From a virus (Duplodnaviria; Caudoviricetes): a DNA stretch of 64,000 nt. The stretch lies in the IMG/VR virus record IMGVR_UViG_2859564202_000001. One strand, given 5' to 3'. The position numbers were made by a program, and so were the translations under genes. Shown here in pieces: positions 60,889-64,000 of the stretch. How positions within the stretch are numbered: the stretch's first letter is position 1; each line of letters begins with the position of its first letter. Below the pieces are notes generated by a model. It saw only the letters and a program-made list of their open reading frames with translations, had not been told where the DNA came from and ran no database searches.

Positions 60889-63057
60889 TTAATAACCGTA
60901 CTGCGGATCATTGGTTTTCGCTTCAGTCTCACGAACATACGCTTCATAAGGATTCGCGGGTCGTTCCTCTGGCAGATTCGATTCACGGAAATCATGAACA
61001 TTCATATCCAGCTGTGCTGCCTGATTGATTTGCGCTGCTTGTACACGACGACGAGCTGCCAGTTCTCGACCTGATCCACGATTTTCTTGAGGTCGAACCA
61101 TAGCATCAGTGTACTCGCTGCTCGTGTCTTTTTCCATAGTTATGGATTTAACAAAAGCGTCCGCATCCTGCCCAAATGTCTGCCCATGTTTGCGCACAAA
61201 CTTATCCAGAATCGCTGGATGATCACGCTGCATCACCTTCTCAGCCTGATCCATCGCCCATACCTGAACCTCCTTGACCTGCTCAGTCGTCATCGCGGTC
61301 TGATTACCATCATCCTGCAACACCTTGATCGCTGCCTGTGTGCGCTGTGCCATAGCAATCTGGCGCACCCGAGAAGCACTGCGACCACGTGTATCAAAGT
61401 CAGGTAACAGTTTCTTCGCAGAGGCGAGGCCACTTTCTGAGACATCAGTCGCTGTCATGAAGCCGGCAACTACATCACGAACGCCATCGGAACCGTACTG
61501 CTCACCAGCTACCCGCATTTCTGTCGCCAAAGTCGCAGCCAGGTTGTCAGCGAAGTTCTGCGCATTACCCATCGGCTCACGAACACTAAACCAGCCGGCG
61601 TTTTTACTCAAACCTGCACCATCAGGGAATTGCCATGTCGGGGTCTTTGAAATCACCATGCCACGTCGTTGTTCACCCAGGCGCACGGTGCCAAAAGCCG
61701 TCTCATTAAACCGGGCAGCATAGCCTGGATCGCGCTCCATGCGACGACCCACAATATCGCGGGCAGCGCCATAAATATCCTTCGACTTCAGGCCATGCTC
61801 TTCACCCTGCTTGACCACCATGTCAATATCTTCTGCCACCTGTGCAGAGACATCCTTCGCATCCACTATCGCTTGACCATCCGTATCTACTTCACGCATC
61901 GCCTCATACGCTTGATCAGACAACCGAACCACGGTCTGCGCGGCAGAAGCAACACTCATGGGGATTCGTTCACGGTTGCTGATGATCGCTGTTTTCTGCT
62001 GCATGAACGCATCAGAGAGCGACTTCGCTTCCTTCTCCGTCTTATCGCGCGTCAGCTTTGACTTCCAAAAATCTTTGGACACATACTTCGACAACTTAGT
62101 GTCTTTAGCCTGTTCCAGATCCTTGTTAAACTTGCGCTTCATATCCACGTTCACACCGGTCATACGTGGGCTCATGCACCACATCACCGCAGCAGTCGTA
62201 CACGCGGCCATCACCGTTTGAGTGTTGACCCCTTTGCGCAGTGGTCCCATCGCAGCCTGTGCCATCTCTTGGGCAAAATTATCATGAGCTGCATTGATCT
62301 TCCGCTTACGAGCAGCTGCATCTTTGGCATCCCGTGCTAGGTACGGATTATCACTTTTTGGTGGCTTGGCATACTTCTTTTCCGCTGCTTTGCGTTCCTT
62401 TTTGGCAACGTCAATAGGGTCAAAACTCTGTGCATGGACTTCACGCATGTGCAGCTGCTCATCCACACCAGAAAGATTAGCCTCATTATCAGCTACATCT
62501 TGTGCGCCACTACGCGGTACACCAGCCTCATCAGCGAGTCGATCATCATCACTACGATCATCTTGTCCAGCACGCACCCAATGACTGGTATCAAATTCTT
62601 CGACATCACTGAGGTCATCAAAATCAGACGGAGCTGATTCACCAAAAATGCTGCGCTGTTCACCATCAGCAACCTCATAACTCGGTGTTATCTCAGATGG
62701 GTGAAGCTTTCGCCGAGGCAACACATCACGCAGTGTTTCTGGTTCCTCAGACTCACCATAAGCAACAGGCTGTTGCTCTACACCAATAATAGAAGCCAAG
62801 TCGCTGCTACTCATGACATTTTTCCTTGGGTCATGCAGCTGCCCCAACGTCTTAGGCTGGGTTAATGACTGGACAGAAGATACCTCGACACTAACCTCTT
62901 CTACCTGTTCATTTACATCAGGCGCCTCTGCTTGTTCACGCACCTGCTCACTTGCTTGTGCAGCAAGACTAATCTCCGCCTCTACGACTGCCTGGGCACG
63001 CCGAGCCACCCGCTCTTCTCGTATCTTATTCTTCTCATTCCCAGCCACTGTCACCAC
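60889..63057 (-). CDS. Large hypothetical protein (disordered N-terminal half)
   Basis: 722 aa; AAGGAG RBS. Confidence 0.8.
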   Translation of the reverse strand: MVTVAGNEKNKIREERVARRAQAVVEAEISLAAQASEQVREQAEAPDVNEQVEEVSVEVSSVQSLTQPKTLGQLHDPRKNVMSSSDLASIIGVEQQPVAYGESEEPETLRDVLPRRKLHPSEITPSYEVADGEQRSIFGESAPSDFDDLSDVEEFDTSHWVRAGQDDRSDDDRLADEAGVPRSGAQDVADNEANLSGVDEQLHMREVHAQSFDPIDVAKKERKAAEKKYAKPPKSDNPYLARDAKDAAARKRKINAAHDNFAQEMAQAAMGPLRKGVNTQTVMAACTTAAVMWCMSPRMTGVNVDMKRKFNKDLEQAKDTKLSKYVSKDFWKSKLTRDKTEKEAKSLSDAFMQQKTAIISNRERIPMSVASAAQTVVRLSDQAYEAMREVDTDGQAIVDAKDVSAQVAEDIDMVVKQGEEHGLKSKDIYGAARDIVGRRMERDPGYAARFNETAFGTVRLGEQRRGMVISKTPTWQFPDGAGLSKNAGWFSVREPMGNAQNFADNLAATLATEMRVAGEQYGSDGVRDVVAGFMTATDVSESGLASAKKLLPDFDTRGRSASRVRQIAMAQRTQAAIKVLQDDGNQTAMTTEQVKEVQVWAMDQAEKVMQRDHPAILDKFVRKHGQTFGQDADAFVKSITMEKDTSSEYTDAMVRPQENRGSGRELAARRRVQAAQINQAAQLDMNVHDFRESNLPEERPANPYEAYVRETEAKTNDPQYGY

Positions 63058-63062
63058 ACTCC

Positions 63063-63338
63063 TTAAAAGTCCATATCGTCAAACTGATTATTCTGAGCTG
63101 CTGCACCTGTGCGTTCAAAACGACGCAACAATTCTGCGGCACCCAACCGTGCTGTTCGCACATGCGCCGGCACAACAGCCGCTAATTCTTTATCTGTTAA
63201 AGGTGACACAGGCTGCGCTGCAACCTCTACCACGGGGTCAGAGGCAACCACCTCACGTGCAACAGATCGACTCTGCTGTCGTGGTGTAGCTCTCATGCTC
63301 TGACCCCGCGTTCCTTTTCTGCTGAAATCTACTGCCAT
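63063..63338 (-). CDS. Small hypothetical protein
   Basis: 91 aa; tightly coupled to neighbouring genes. Confidence 0.65.
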   Translation of the reverse strand: MAVDFSRKGTRGQSMRATPRQQSRSVAREVVASDPVVEVAAQPVSPLTDKELAAVVPAHVRTARLGAAELLRRFERTGAAAQNNQFDDMDF

Positions 63339-63341
63339 TAT

Positions 63342-63992
63342 TTAGAGCTCAAACCCGCCATCCTGTCGTTGTGGTGGTTCCTGTTGGTTGTAACGGCTTG
63401 TATCAAATCGACCCATAAACTGATTGTTCGCACCACCATGAGTAAACGGGTTTCCTGTACCTGGCTTCGGCACAACCGGAGTAGGCGGAACAGAATTCTG
63501 TGGTACCGGATTATGCACAGGCGGAATATTCTGCTGCTGAGGCACAACTGGCTGTTGCGCCCCCATTGCAGGTCCCTGATGTCCATAATTCCCGATTTTT
63601 CCGCCCTGGTCGAGTGGCTGACCAACGCCCCGGAAGTCCGTCTGAGCAGGCGAAACAGGTTGCTGTGCCGGAGGTGTGACAGGCATAACTGGCGGGGTCG
63701 CAGGCACCTGCTGCTGAACATAATTCCCCTGTACACCTGCATCAGGTAACGGTGCTGGTGCAGCAATCCCTGTACCTACTTCTGCCGGCACACGACGCTC
63801 AATACGGAAACCAGAACGTTGTGGGACTCGCTCAAAGCTCGCCAATGACTGCTGTGCAGAAATCGACTGAATCTCCACATCAGGGATACCAAAACGCGCT
63901 GCATCCTCCATTGCCTTCATATTGGCGCGCACCACACGAGGGGCAAAGTCATAAGCATCACCGTCGTAGATGTTGACCTGCTGCTTTGCCAT
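63342..63992 (-). CDS. P/Q-rich hypothetical protein, possibly the C-terminal part of a longer ORF beyond the window
   Basis: 216-aa ORF at the window edge. Confidence 0.6.
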   Translation of the reverse strand: MAKQQVNIYDGDAYDFAPRVVRANMKAMEDAARFGIPDVEIQSISAQQSLASFERVPQRSGFRIERRVPAEVGTGIAAPAPLPDAGVQGNYVQQQVPATPPVMPVTPPAQQPVSPAQTDFRGVGQPLDQGGKIGNYGHQGPAMGAQQPVVPQQQNIPPVHNPVPQNSVPPTPVVPKPGTGNPFTHGGANNQFMGRFDTSRYNQQEPPQRQDGGFEL

Positions 63993-64000
63993 CTCGCACA

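Larger units (their letters stand above)
1..64000. mobile_element. Internal part of a large prophage/integrative element, CGP3-like (C. glutamicum); both ends lie outside the window
   Basis: No housekeeping genes; replication, silencer and IS genes present; AT-rich promoter islands; gene order gntR2-recJ-priP-cgpS-LysM-MoxR-Clp-UvrD matches my recollection of CGP3. Confidence 0.85.

Noticed and set aside
1-64000. Virion structural, terminase, integrase, tRNA or rRNA genes
   Set aside because: No recognisable motifs or folds in this window

Overview
This window looks like a 64 kb internal segment of a large integrated element in a Corynebacterium chromosome. From recalled gene order and sequences (gntR2, recJ, priP, cgpS, gip, IS3-family ISCg14-like elements) I recognise it as the CGP3 prophage region of Corynebacterium glutamicum, roughly cg1929-cg1994; no database search was run. 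Layout: (i) 1-18 kb accessory zone with a serine resolvase and its res site, several secreted-protein/partner gene pairs, a phosphatase, gntR2 and a KAP NTPase. (ii) 16.4-22.7 kb: two identical inverted IS3 copies and about 3.3 kb of highly structured non-coding DNA (an 11-bp-phased CnnTTAAnnG array, a second CAAC-type array and a GNA-triloop hairpin cluster). (iii) 22.7-46 kb replication/maintenance module: RecJ-like nuclease, mirror-symmetric GTAAC iteron origin candidate, D5/SF3 helicase, family B DNA polymerase, VRR-NUC, SNF2 helicase, Lsr2-like silencer CgpS, SSB-like protein and AEP primase. (iv) 46-60.5 kb: Gip, a MoxR AAA+/VWA/Hsp100/UvrD cluster and nucleotide-metabolism genes. (v) the 3' end of an oppositely oriented operon of unknown function. 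I recognised no capsid, tail, terminase, rRNA, tRNA or CRISPR features. The most novel-looking signals are the non-coding architecture (phased array and its satellites, iteron origin, dispersed hairpin element with compensatory changes, an sRNA candidate), a self-contained PolB replisome with split primase and helicase, and an element-encoded Hsp100 with a ClpP-docking-like loop.
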